From contig NC_068982.1 in NCBI RefSeq assembly GCF_001194135.2, forward strand, positions 150,125,284 to 150,178,669: a stretch of DNA of 53,386 bases, given 5' to 3'. Under the pieces are notes generated by a model, which saw only the letters and a list, made by a program, of their open reading frames with translations, was not told the DNA's origin and did no database searches. This DNA comes from Octopus bimaculoides (Eukaryota). How positions within the stretch are numbered: the first letter of the stretch is position 1; the number at the start of each line of letters is the position of its first letter. The position numbers were made by a program, and so were the translations under genes. Below, in pieces: positions 1 to 12,723 of the stretch.

Positions 1-335
1 CTGAGCAGGTCTTTGAGGCATTTGCATCCCCGTCTATTCCTATCTCTGCCAACATAGTCTAGATGCGTGTCCAAGGTAGCATTCCAATCCCCCACTAAAA
101 GTAAAGGACGAGACGTTCCTAGGAATACTTCTAGACGTCGAAAGAAATCCGGCCTACCTGTTAAAGGTGGTGCGTATACTGATATGAGTCGAAAAGCACA
201 CCCATCGCTGCCATCGACATCCAGAACAACCAATCTACCCTCCGGGTCTATGAATACTGTCTTTACTTCGAGATCCAGACTCTTGCGAAAGAGTACCGCC
301 GTGCCACTACCGCCCATTCTCGGCAGACAGGGAGA
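1..335 (-). mobile_element. L1/Tx1-clade LINE fragment, APE endonuclease domain, running off the left edge
   Basis: Manual minus-strand translation, absent from the ORF track, has no stop: FSPCLPRMGGSGTAVLFRKSLDLEVKTVFIDPEGRLVVLDVDGSDGCAFRLISVYAPPLTGRPDFFRRLEVFLGTSRPLLLVGDWNATLDTHLD. It shows the G-x-A-V-L-F, D-x-x-GR, ISVYAP and GDWN motifs of L1/Tx1 APE. Confidence 0.85.
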
Positions 336-499
336 AAAGACAGATAGATAGGTAGATAGATAGATAGATAAAAACTTGTATTTTAATAGTTCGCTAATAA
401 TCAAGTATAGAGCGTAATATGGGATTAAATAAATGACAAGGAAACAAGAAATTATGCAATGAACTTCATTAGCGTACAGCTGCTTCTTCGGTAAGATGC

Positions 500-815
500 A
501 ATGCATTCAGAGCTGAGTGTGTTTGTATCACCTTATAACTTCTTTGGAGCTTCTAATATGAAGTACATGCTTAATGGCAAAGCATTTACACGTATATAAA
601 ACAACACCGTCGACATTAGAAATGGAGAATAGAATTTGAAGGATAACAGCCACTCCCAGAAACATGTAGACTTACATAATTTTGTGCATTTATATACATA
701 GACGCATGATGTATGTAAATAACTATTCACACGCATGCATAAAAGCTAGACGAAATATCTATGCTAATACACATCGTACATACGACCAACTGTATCTTTA
801 TCGTTCTCTTTTTTG

Positions 816-883
<68 letters not shown>

Positions 884-884
884 A

Positions 885-937
<53 letters not shown>

Positions 938-1282
938 TAGATTCTTTCTATGTTTCAATTGGCTTTTTCTTGTCTCGGTTCTTGCATTCAATCGTATATA
1001 TTGCGTATTAACATACATATTGTATCTAGCTTTTATGTGTGCGTATGAATAACTATTTACATAGAGATTCATAATGCGCCTGTATATAAGCATACACAAA
1101 ATTCTCTAAATCTACATATTTTTGGGAGTAGCTTTTATCCTTCGGACTCTTCATTTCTTACGTATCTTCATATTTTTAACGGTGATATTTTCCATATATG
1201 TAAAAGCTTTTCGAAATAAACTTGCGCATTCTTTTAGAAGCTCCAATAAAATGATGCACAAGTACCCAGCTCTGAGTGCATT
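500..1282. repeat. Long imperfect inverted repeat (arms ~500-785 and ~992-1282) around a (CT)n core
   Basis: Colinear reverse-complement blocks, e.g. AATGCATTCAGAGCTGAGT/ACCCAGCTCTGAGTGCATT, TTGGAGCTTCTAA/TTAGAAGCTCCAA, CATAAAAGCTAGA/TCTAGCTTTTATG. Confidence 0.8.
814..936. repeat. (CT)n microsatellite
   Basis: Direct reading. Confidence 0.97.
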
Positions 1283-1359
1283 GGTCATTCCAAAATGTAA
1301 CCACATGTGGCGATGTTTTTCCTTTGTCTTCCTTTTCTCTTGGACTTTCCTCTATCCAA

Positions 1360-1392
1360 TTTCTAAAGAAGAACTTTGCTCAAAACGTAGAA
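1360..1392 (+). ncRNA. Degenerate minimal type-I hammerhead-like motif, unit 1 of a ~205-bp tandem pair
   Basis: TTT-CTAAAGA-A-GAAC-TTT-GCTC-AAAA-CG-TA; aligns with the better copy at 1565-1597, and flanks are also homologous (TTGGACTTT upstream, AGCGTC and CCACG.CCTCG downstream). Confidence 0.4.
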
Positions 1393-1564
1393 GACCCTTT
1401 CTTTCCTTCCGTTAGCGTCTTATTAATACTTTGCATGTACCACGCCCTCGTGTTGTTTTTTTCTTGTCATTTTTTCTCTGGTTTTTTTTTTGTTTTTTAT
1501 TGACTGCATGTGTATCGTTGGCGATTTTCTTTCTCCATCTTCCCTTCTTTGGACTTTTTCTATA

Positions 1565-1597
1565 TTTCTGATGAAGATCTCCGCTCGAAACGTGAAA
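1565..1597 (+). ncRNA. Minimal type-I hammerhead-ribozyme-like motif (Penelope pLTR/retrozyme type), probably inactive
   Basis: TTT-CTGATGA-A-GATC-TCC-GCTC-GAAA-CG-TG-AAA: both core halves, stem I TTT/AAA, palindromic ACGT stem III. Stem II has one mismatch and the cleavage-site base is G. Confidence 0.6.
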
Positions 1598-2147
1598 TCC
1601 TCTTTCTTTTCTTTCCTTTCCTGAGCGTCCCATAGCACTGTATTTATTCCACGTCCTCGCGTTGTTGTTGTTTTTGTTGCTTTTTCTTGCTTGTTCATGT
1701 TTGGATTGACTTATATATATATATATATATATATATATNNNNNNNNNNNNNNNNNNNNNNNNNNNNNNNNNNNNNNNNNNNNNNNNNNNNNNNNNNNNNN
1801 NNNNNNNNNNNNNNNNNNNNNNNNNNNNNNNNNNNNNNNNNNNNNNNNNNNNNNNNNNNNNNNNNNNNNNNNNNNNNNNNNNNNNNNNNNNNNNNNNNNN
1901 NNNNNNNNNNNNNNNNNNNNNNNNNNNNNNNNNNNNNNNNNNNNNNNNNNNNNNNNNNNNNNNNNNNNNNNNNNNNNNNNNNNNNNNNNNNNNNNNNNNN
2001 NNNNNNNNNNNNNNNNNNNNNNNNNNNNNNNNNNNNNNNNNNNNNNNNNNNNNNNNNNNNNNNNNNNNNNNNNNNNNNNNNNNNNNNNNNNNNNNNNNNN
2101 NNNNNNNNNNNNNNNNATATATATATATATAATTTTTAAAAAACGCG

Positions 2148-2369
2148 TAGTAAATAAACAAACGAACATATACTAAATACACAGGCGAACAGAAAGCACA
2201 GAAGGTCACCAACTCTTCATTAGTTATTGGCCAGAACGTTAAACGTGATTTCAGCCATTATCGATAACATTGTATTTGACCCTCTGGCCGATAACTGATG
2301 AAGAGTTGGTGACTTTCTGTTTTCTGTTCGCCTGTGTATTTAGTATATGTTTGTTTGCTTTTTTACTAG
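2148..2369. repeat. Fold-back element: ~88-bp arms (2148-2235, 2283-2369), 47-bp spacer; third arm copy at ~2990-3122
   Basis: CATATACTAAATACACAGGCGAACAGAAA and GTCACCAACTCTTCAT are exact reverse complements of right-arm segments. 2990-3122 matches the reverse complement of ~2120-2270. Confidence 0.85.
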
Positions 2370-2589
2370 ACTTTTTTTTATTATTATATGTGTATATATA
2401 TAGGTATGTCATATTTTCCGTATGCTGTCTTATTTAATCCTGAAAATATTATTTATGTAACGCACGCACTCGTTAAATTTTACTCATTTGTAGAAATATT
2501 CTTGGAGTATTTTTGTGCCACTTTGTCTCTTTCCTTTACTTTGCCTCTCTTAATTTCCTTTTTTCTTTCTTTCCCTTTCTCTCTCTCTA

Positions 2590-2623
<34 letters not shown>

Positions 2624-4398
2624 TCTCTCTTTCTCTCTTACCCTCCTCCCAATATTACGTGACCTGTGACGACCTATGGTGGTGTCATTCCTTTTCTCGT
2701 TGCCTTCGACCGTACTGGTCACGATTTTCTGAGCTCCTCACTCTACCCTTCCCGTGTCTATAGTCCCTTAGGAAAGTTTTCATTTCTCCTTCGCGTTACC
2801 CACTTTTGTATTGTCTTGCAGTCCCAAGGGTTTTTGTTGTGTATGTATTATTATCATTATTGTCTTCGTGTGGCCCTAAGCCTTTATTCCGTTTATTGTT
2901 TTCTCCCTCGGCTCGAGCTCGTCTCGTTTTGTTATGTCTTGGTCCCATTCCCGAAAAGTTTCTTACTGGTGCCTCGAGAGTGGAAGCAACATTATCGATA
3001 ATGGCTGAAACTGTGTTTGACACTGGCCGATAACTGGTTGGTGACCTGTTCTCAGTTCGCCTATGTATTTAGTATATGCTCGTTTGTTTATTTACTACAC
3101 GTCTTTTTTTAATTATATATATACACATCAACACTGTAATTACAAGCACATGTGTGGTTGTACATGTGTCTGCATTCTCGTACATTTCTATGTTTCTGAG
3201 TATGTATCATTTAGGAGGAAAAGTGAAAACACAAATGACAACACAGCGGTATCATTATTGTACGAAACCTACGATAAAGCAGTTTTAAGTCACAATGTGT
3301 TGATAAATCAGTTTAAGTTTTTATTTTATTTTGGGGGTGTTAAAGTTCTGCTGATTTTGAAAGCTGCATTTTGTCTAGTATGGTGCCTTGCATTCAGAAG
3401 TCCTGATACCTCGTGAATCATATTTGACTCCTTGTATCCTTCATGTGAATAAATCCTAAGTTTGAATTTCTGTAACAAAGTCATCTTTGCCGTGTTAAAG
3501 AAAAATTGGTTTAACAAACTGTTAAAAAAACTTGTGCGAAGAAAACTGTAATACTACACGTATTAGACAGCTAACGATATCGCTGTTGCAACTATTTTAT
3601 AGAAGAGAGACGGGTGCACTTTTAAAATGGCACCCTTGAGATAGTGTGATGTTCCGTTTCAAAATGTGGTGCAATGTAATGCACTTGTGTAAAAAGGTTG
3701 TGTAATGTAATTTAGTACCGTTTAGTGTTTGATGTGGTCCCAATACTTTCATATTCTACTAAGATGACACTTTCCGCCTGAATGCTCCATCCAACCCTCT
3801 TATATTTCACTAGTCTTATATTAACTGTTTGTTTTAGTCTTAGCCATGTGATCTGCCTGCAATATATTTGGGTAAGTAATTTACCGGGTTACTGCCTATT
3901 CGCATATTAAACACATTGGGTATATTGTTGCTGTAAATATTTACGTTACTGCTTATCCTACGTAATTATGTTGGCATGTCTTTTTTTTTTAATTCTCAAT
4001 GTTTTTATTCTTCCGTAAATATGAAGGAGCTTGATTCAGACAGTTGTATATTTGCGTTGTACATAAGATTAGCATTAAATTTTTCTTTTGATAAGAATAC
4101 TGAGTTTCATAGCATAACAACTTCCGGAGCAGGTGGATATTTAAAGAAATGCTACAAACTACAAGCTATTTTTGCCGAAGTTTGTTTATTGTCCAATTAT
4201 TCTGCGCTTTATGGAATAACACGTTCCAGAAAAATTCCATAACGTAATATCTATTTTCTCATTGATTTTCCACGTTTTAAATTGGGACGTGTTGAACGGA
4301 ATTTTTGAAAAAAACAAAATCAACAACCAAGAAATAAAATCACTTTCTTTAATGCATGAAATATAAATTTTTAAATACGTGATGTATACATACATATA

Positions 4399-4480
4399 GG
4401 GTCAGGCGTGGCTGTGCGGTGCTCTATCATGGCCACAGTCAAATGATTGAATCAAGTAAAATAATAAAAGAATAAAGATA
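4399..4480 (+). mobile_element. SINE family A, internally deleted (head fused to tail)
   Basis: GGCGTGGCTGTGCGGT joined to GCTCTATCATGGCCACAGTCAAATGATTGAATCAAGTAAAA; both parts match the ends of the full copy at 37501-37968. Confidence 0.7.
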
Positions 4481-4490
4481 TTTCAAAATA

Positions 4491-5815
4491 CAGGGGTTGG
4501 TCAAAATAATGGAAATACCTTAAAATTTCAAACAAACTCATTTTAATATGGGTTAGGACCACGTTTGGCAGTAATTACAGTTTAAATTCCACGAGGTATG
4601 GACTCGAACAAAATTTGAATTGTTTCCAAAGGAATTTTTGTCCATTCTTCAGCTTAATCAGTCTCCAGTTCTTGTAGTGATGATGGTGAAGGATATCGAC
4701 TCCTTACTTGTTTTTCTAAAATGCACCATAAATCTTCAATAATATTGAGATCTGGGGACCCAGGTGGCTAGATAAGATGCTCAACTTCACTAGAATGTTC
4801 CTCGTGCCATTCAGTAACAACTTTACTATGTGAATTGGCGCATTATTATCCTGAAAGATTGTGTTTCCCTCCAGAAACAGTTCCGCAACCATAGGATGAA
4901 TTTGATCAGATAAAATGCTTAAATAGTCTTGACTATTAATTCTGCCATGAAGGGAAACCTTTGGACTGGCGGATTTCCAAGATATAGACCCCCAGATCAT
5001 CACAGATCCTCCTCCATGTTTAACAGCTGGAAGAAGGCAGTCTGGGTCAAATGTTTCTTTTGGCTGTCTTCACACGTATACTCCTCGGCCGGTGATCGGA
5101 AATAAGGTAAAGGATGACTCGTCCGAGAAAATAACATCCTTCCACCGCTCTAGGGACCAATTCTGTAGGTTTTTACTCCATTCTAAACGCTTTGCAACGT
5201 TTGTTTTTGAAAGTAGTGGTTTTCTGATTGCAGCTCTCCCGTGGAATCCGGCTGTGTACAGTTCCCAGCNNNNNNNNNNGTTTTTGAAAGTAGTGGTTTT
5301 CTGATTGCAGCTCTCCCGTGGAATCCGGCTGTGTACAGTTCCCAGCGAACAGTTTTTGTGGAAACTGGGTTCTCAAGGTGGTCATTAAGCTCTGCAATAA
5401 TTCTGGGAGATGTACTTTTGTTATCCTTTCTTACAATTCGTGTAAGTTTTGGTCTTCTTCTGGAATTTTGTTTCGACGAGGAGGTTTTTCCCTCTTTCTC
5501 AAAGGCTGTCATTACTTTCGAGACAGTACCTCTTGATACACCAAACATTTCGGTTGTTTTCGTTATGCTAGCGCCTGCCATACGAGCACCAACAATTTGA
5601 CCTCTTTGAAAGTCCGATAGATCTGTGATTTTAATGAATTTTAATTATCTTTTTCTGATATCTGAAAAGAAACAACAATTTTAGCAAAACATATTAAGCA
5701 ACACTAATAATAAATCAAAAAACATAAAAATAAACAAGCTTTTGACAGTCTTATAGATATTTCAAAACTATGATGCTATGATGGTAGGTGCTTCCCTTAT
5801 TCTGTCCAACCCCTG
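4491..5815 (-). mobile_element. Tc1-like DNA transposon, near full length, transposase disrupted
   Basis: TIRs CAGGGGTTGGTCAAAATAATGGAAATACC / GGTGCTTCCCTTATTCTGTCCAACCCCTG with TA on both sides. Minus-strand DLSDFQRGQIVGARMAGAS HTH start (~5625), GFHGRAAIRKPLLSK, MIWGSISW and FQDNNAPIH. Confidence 0.95.
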
Positions 5816-5959
5816 TATATATTAGGAATTAAATGGGGATGCAGTAACATTGTTCGCTACATACTTAATAGAAATGCTACTGACTGCTGTGTAATAAGTG
5901 GTATTTATAAGTTACTGGGGGAAGACGGGAACCTTCTTTCCGCTTTGTAGATCAGCATT

Positions 5960-6440
5960 GGCATTTGTTACATGAGTGACGAACTTATCCAAAGTTGTAT
6001 GACGTTTATATTTTTTTTATAGCTCACTACTGGATTTGAGTTCATAATAAACTCTTCCTGTAACGTTTACGTTATGTTTGCGATTAGGATTGTTAGAAGC
6101 AAAATCATACAGTCCAGCAAAATCTTGCAGTCCCTTCTCACTAAGTGCCAACCATATAGTCAAATTCTTTGCAGTGAAATGGCATGGAATAAGTAGTGCT
6201 TCTATAGCTTCTTGTCCTACCACTCTTGTTCAGATATTATCAGCTCCTCATTAGACAAAATTTCTTTGAGACCATGGCAATTTAACAACGTCATTTTCTA
6301 CGACTTCGAATTTTACATCATTTGCCCGTACCACAATATCTTACTGAACTTCATACAGATTTTCTGCGGGTGAAGACTGTAGAGTGACGAATAGAGTTTG
6401 GCCATATTTTACCAAAGGCTATTTAAGGCTGAGAATATCA
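5960..6440 (-). mobile_element. Tigger/pogo-like transposase C-terminal remnant
   Basis: Frameshifted minus-strand pieces AFGKIWPNS, DIVVRANDVKFEVVENDV, LLNCHGLKEILSNEELIISEQE and KRHTTLDKF resemble the recalled Tigger C-terminus. No TIR found. Confidence 0.5.
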
Positions 6441-6459
6441 CTTCCTCCCTTAACTCAGC

Positions 6460-6660
6460 TTTCTTTTATCTTTTACTTGTTTCAGTGACATAGCTTCGGC
6501 TACGCTGGAGCACTGCATTGAATGGTTTAGTTGAACAAATAGCTCACAGTAGTTATTTGTTAAGTTTGGTTATTATTCTATCGATTTCTTTTACCGAACT
6601 GCTAGTTAAGATGGCGTAAACAAACCATCATCGTTTCGGTTGTCAAGCAAAAGGGAAACA
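6460..6660 (-). mobile_element. SINE family A, 3' half
   Basis: CTTTTACTTGTTTCAGT, GCTGGAGCAC, ATTCTATCGA and GGTTGTCAAGC are the reverse complement of the family A body and tail. Confidence 0.75.
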
Positions 6661-7348
6661 AAATCAGAAGCTATAACGATGTTTGTAGCGTCATATAAAA
6701 TATTCTTAAAGCATTAAATCACCCAAACCTTTCAATTCATTTTTGCGACCACTGAATTCTGACAATTTCCAGACCATTCAGATGACATTACCATGGTTTT
6801 GGTTTTACCGATTTGGAAAACAAAAATTGCCAGTAGACTAAAATATATCATTTATATATATAATTAAATTTAGATTGTAACTAAAACACTAAATTTTGTT
6901 TGATGTTGTTGCGAGCAATGACAGAAAAATATGTAAAAACAAAAATACAAAAGTCAACAAAATAAAAAAAAAATATTGCAAGTAAATTTTTTAAAACATT
7001 ACAATACCTAAACATATATTTTTAGCCTTGGATTTCACAAAACACTTTACAAAAGAATAGAAAAAGCTCTTTCCAATATTAATAAAAGGCATTTGAATAC
7101 CAATTTATTATAAAGTGAAAAGAAAGATAAAATAAAACTGCTAGATAAGCGTTGAAATTTATTAAAATAAAAAGGGAGTGACATAATACCGTTTTGTGTG
7201 TTAGTTGTTTGAAAATTTCTTTTATCACAATTTAACAATTTTTTTTCATCTAAAAAATTAAATACGTTTATTGATTTTATGATCAATAATGTTCCTGGAA
7301 TGTGACATTTCCAGTTTATTAACTAACAATGGACAAGAGAACAGGGAT

Positions 7349-8256
<908 letters not shown>

Positions 8257-8636
8257 ACTTAATAAACAAGTGCGAAGTAATTACAGCCTTTCGAAGTAAC
8301 CGTTTAACTATTTCTGTTTCTAAGCTAAATGATTGGAGAGAAAAAGTTATTTTTGCACACGCTTTGATGAGATCAAATTAAATCATGTTATTGATTATGC
8401 AGTAATGATCTCATCGCAGAGCCATTCTTTGTTTAAGTCTTAAGAGAACGTGCGTATTTGACCCAGTGCTAGCATATATCTGTCTCTTTCTCTCTCTTCT
8501 CCTTTTCTTTTATCGTTTTACCTATCCCTACGTACTTATCTCTCTACGTACTTATCAGTATTATCAGTACTATCTTCACATTCAACAATTTTCTAGTCTA
8601 TATCTCTATGTGCGTATCATTCTCTGTGTGTATGTA

Positions 8637-8674
<38 letters not shown>

Positions 8675-11340
8675 CGCTTACATTTTTTAAGCATACATAA
8701 TCGAGCGTTCGTAAATAGTTTAATTGCTATTTCACATACGCATTATGACAATTATTGTCATAATTATTGAAATTATTTCAGTGTTAGCCATTTTCAAATA
8801 AATATACGAAAAGGACAACTGCTTGAAATGATTGTTTTAGCATCAACTCGCTGAATACTAAATCAAACAAAATCATTAACTATCTTGACAGTAACCTAAT
8901 GAGTCAACATTTCAAACGATTGCCTTCATATGTTCGGTACAATTTGACGAAATGCGTTACAAACAATTCCGATTTCATTGTTAGAACAGCCAGGTCAGCA
9001 AATATTAAGGTCTTTGAATTCATTTGTGTCGTGTTCCTGATATCAGACGTTTACTTTAATTCCACTTTAGGCTTATTTTTAAATAAAGATAGACCTTATA
9101 AGTTAAAAATAGATGAGATTTTTTTCGTTTTTCATATCAAGAAATAATGACATTACACGTGAGAGATGTAAATTGTTTCAGCCAATCAGCTTCAATGCTT
9201 AACCAACGCAATAATCAATCTCTGAATCATATTGAAAAACCTTTTGAACGCTATACAGAGTTATATGACATCTAATGAATTTATGATGTCTTATAAAACT
9301 GATGACGAATAACAGTGGCCGAGTGAATAGGTTCCCAATGAAGATGAGAGTTTATATATCATCACTGGTGTTGTTCTTCCCCTGCACAGACACACATGTC
9401 AAATCCCCGTTTACCAAACTGAAATTTTATGTAACTCAGGGGATAGCAATAATTGCAATTATCAACCAATTCATTATTAATTTATAGAATTGAGATTACG
9501 TTTTGCGAGTCACATATATCCTTATACATTTCCTCTCTCTTTGTTGTTTACCAAAGATGAGGTTTTTTCTGCACAACAGCTTAGAGCGTGAGCATTGATT
9601 CTCTTATTCTGTGTAACTTATTTTTTAAATGCACACACAAATGCGAAAGAATATTTGTAAATATCAAAACACATTTTCTAATAGTCTGCTTCTAATTTCG
9701 TCTCTAGTGCCATCCGTTTTCATGAGGAATGGTACATAAGTAAAAATATGGAGTAGATTTTGATATGGTCAGTTCTATTTTACTTTCAGTTATCTTCCAA
9801 TACCTTTCTGAGACAATTTTCTTTCAAAGCAACATGCATTTTAGATATATTTATCATATAAAATTATATTTTTCTCTCACTATCCCAGAAATAAAATTTC
9901 AGATGTCCTTGCCTCGATAAAACTCAGTTAGTTTTAAGAGTTTGAAGATCATTAGCTTTAAATGCGTTATAATGTATGCCTAACCCTATATAAATGAATC
10001 CATGTAGGGTTATTAAAATATACAGAATTTCCTGTATAATTAAATCCTAGTAGCCTATTATCATTATTATTTATATCGTTAGCAGGGGAAGTAATGCATC
10101 ATGAATTTCTTGTATTTTTGATTTAGTATTTATATCAGTTAATGGTAATTAGTGTAATTGATTTCAGTGGATTAGGGGGAAAATGTGAGAGTCATTCTTC
10201 TTCAGTCGTCGTCGGAGATATGAGTGAAATAAATTCTAGCTACAACTGGTGTTCAAAATCGGGTAACGGGCCCTATTTGCTTCTACGGTTGAACACTGAT
10301 CAGCAACTTAAATCTAATTATTGTAAATCAGCGATTTCTTACTTGGGCAGTCGTACTCCCTTGGAAGCATTGTGAGCTCATACATGGAGACGACAAATGT
10401 CAAAAAGGTAGTATCAAGAGAAATTGGTGTTTGAGTGGATCATGATTTTTCTTAGCAATAAGATATTTAAACTAGGTCCAATACTTATATTTTAAGCACA
10501 TTTGCGAAACAAATTTTTGTGTGGATTAGAAAATTAGTAGAAAATTCTGTTGTCAGTTTGCAAAAAGGGTGATTATACATCAAGAACCAATAAATTTTCA
10601 ATGCATAAGGTTGTGACTAAAATAATCTGATTTTTCTTCTTTTTTAGTTTTGCCTATCTTTTTTATTTTTTTAGGGATCACAAAACATGAGGAGGAGCGT
10701 TTATAAAACACTCTAAGTGGAAAGGGTCACCGAGCTCCAAAACTGTATTTCTTTTGGAAATACACTGTTCAAAATGTATTTATGAAACGGTCATTAGAAA
10801 TAGAAATTATTTTAGCTACGTTAGATACTTATTCACCCCTAAAAATTATTTCCTTGATATTAGCACTAGTTTCTTAGAAGTGCTTCACCTCTTTGATCTG
10901 AATAGTCAAATGCGAGACATTTAGCGACAAAAGAAAAAGAAATCTATGAACAATAATCCAAATGTTCAATGTTTTTATCTATAGTAACGATCGAACAAAA
11001 GAGTGTCAAGTTTTACAAGCAAATCATACATGGCGTTGATTACTATTGAGTTTTAAATCGATTATCTTGGTCATCTATTTGGAAAACAACCAGTCCATTT
11101 CCCAAAATATCGAACCACTATGGCGCCATATTCAGCAGAGGATTTTGGCACTTAACATTAGATTCAAATCAAACATATATTTTGTAGCTTTTCAACCGTT
11201 AGTCATTTACCTTTCTCCATTTTCTGACTTTCTCTCAATATTTTCCTTATGGCATACTTCATAGATGAATACAAATTTTATATACTGTCTACGTTCACTT
11301 CTCCAACTATCGCCAAAGACATTTTTCTCCCTCTCCCTCT

Positions 11341-11600
<260 letters not shown>

Positions 11601-12082
11601 CGTGAGAGAGTTAGGGGTTGGGGGTACAACCCACTAAGGGATAGTATCTATCCAGTATACTGCTGGGAGGGTACCCAATTATTGCTACGCTAGTGCTATA
11701 CTAGGTGCAATCAATGGGAGCGGGTAAAAGTGGAGGTTTTACCCAAAATTTGTGTAGCAATTAGAAAATGGAGGATAATATGCTGAACCCAACTACTTGC
11801 AGACGGTGTAACATATATATTTATATATCTGTCTACACACGCACACATACATACACACACTCACAGACCACATACTCACACATGCAACACAATATGGCCT
11901 TTCATTATTATTTTGCTTATCTGGTTTCATACTTTTTTTATACGCTGATCGTATTTCATTTTATGCCATTTCTTCCTTCCCACTTTTTCAAAGATTTCAA
12001 GGCTGTAATACTGCCAATATTCGGCACCACTGTCCATCTTTCTTTTACTACCATTTTACCTTTCAGCTAAATCTACATTATG

Positions 12083-12142
<60 letters not shown>

Positions 12143-12668
12143 NNNNNNNNNNNNNNNNNNNNNNNNNNNNNNNNNNNNNNNNNNNNNNNNNNNNNNNNNN
12201 NNNNNNNNNNNNNNNNNNNNNNNNNNNNNNNNNNNNNNNNNNNNNNNNNNNNNNNNNNNNNNNNNNNNNNNNNNNNNNNNNNNNNNNNNNNNNNNNNNNN
12301 NNNNNNNNNNNNNNNNNNNNNNNNNNNNNNNNNNNNNNNNNNNNNNNNNNNNNNNNNNNNNNNNNNNNNNNNNNNNNNNNNNNNNNNNNNNNNNNNNNNN
12401 NNNNNNNNNNNNNNNNNNNNNNNNNNNNNNNNNNNNNNNNNNNNNNNNNNNNNNNNNNNNNNNNNNNNNNNNNNNNNNNNNNNNNNNNNNNNNNNNNNNN
12501 NNNNNNNNNNNNNNNNNNNNNNNNNNNNNNNNNNNNNNNNNNNNNNNNNNNNNNNNNNNNNNNNNNNNNNNNNNNNNNNNNNNNNNNNNNNNNNNNNNNN
12601 NNNNNNNNNNNNNNNNNNNNNNNNNNNNNNNNNNNNNNNNNNNNNNNNNATATATATATATATATATA

Positions 12669-12715
12669 GGCGCAGGTGTAGCTGTGTGGTAAGTAGCTTG
12701 CTTACCAACCACATG
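12669..12715 (+). mobile_element. SINE family A 5' head only
   Basis: GGCGCAGGTGTAGCTGTGTGGTAAGTAGCTTGCTTACCAACCACATG matches 37501-37547. Confidence 0.8.
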
Positions 12716-12723
12716 TGTATACA

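Noticed and set aside
67-351. Plus-strand 94-aa ORF
   Set aside because: Antisense shadow of the minus-strand APE endonuclease frame.
5203-5346. 67-bp direct repeat inside the Tc1 element
   Set aside because: Identical copies sit on either side of a 10-N gap; a contig-overlap artefact.
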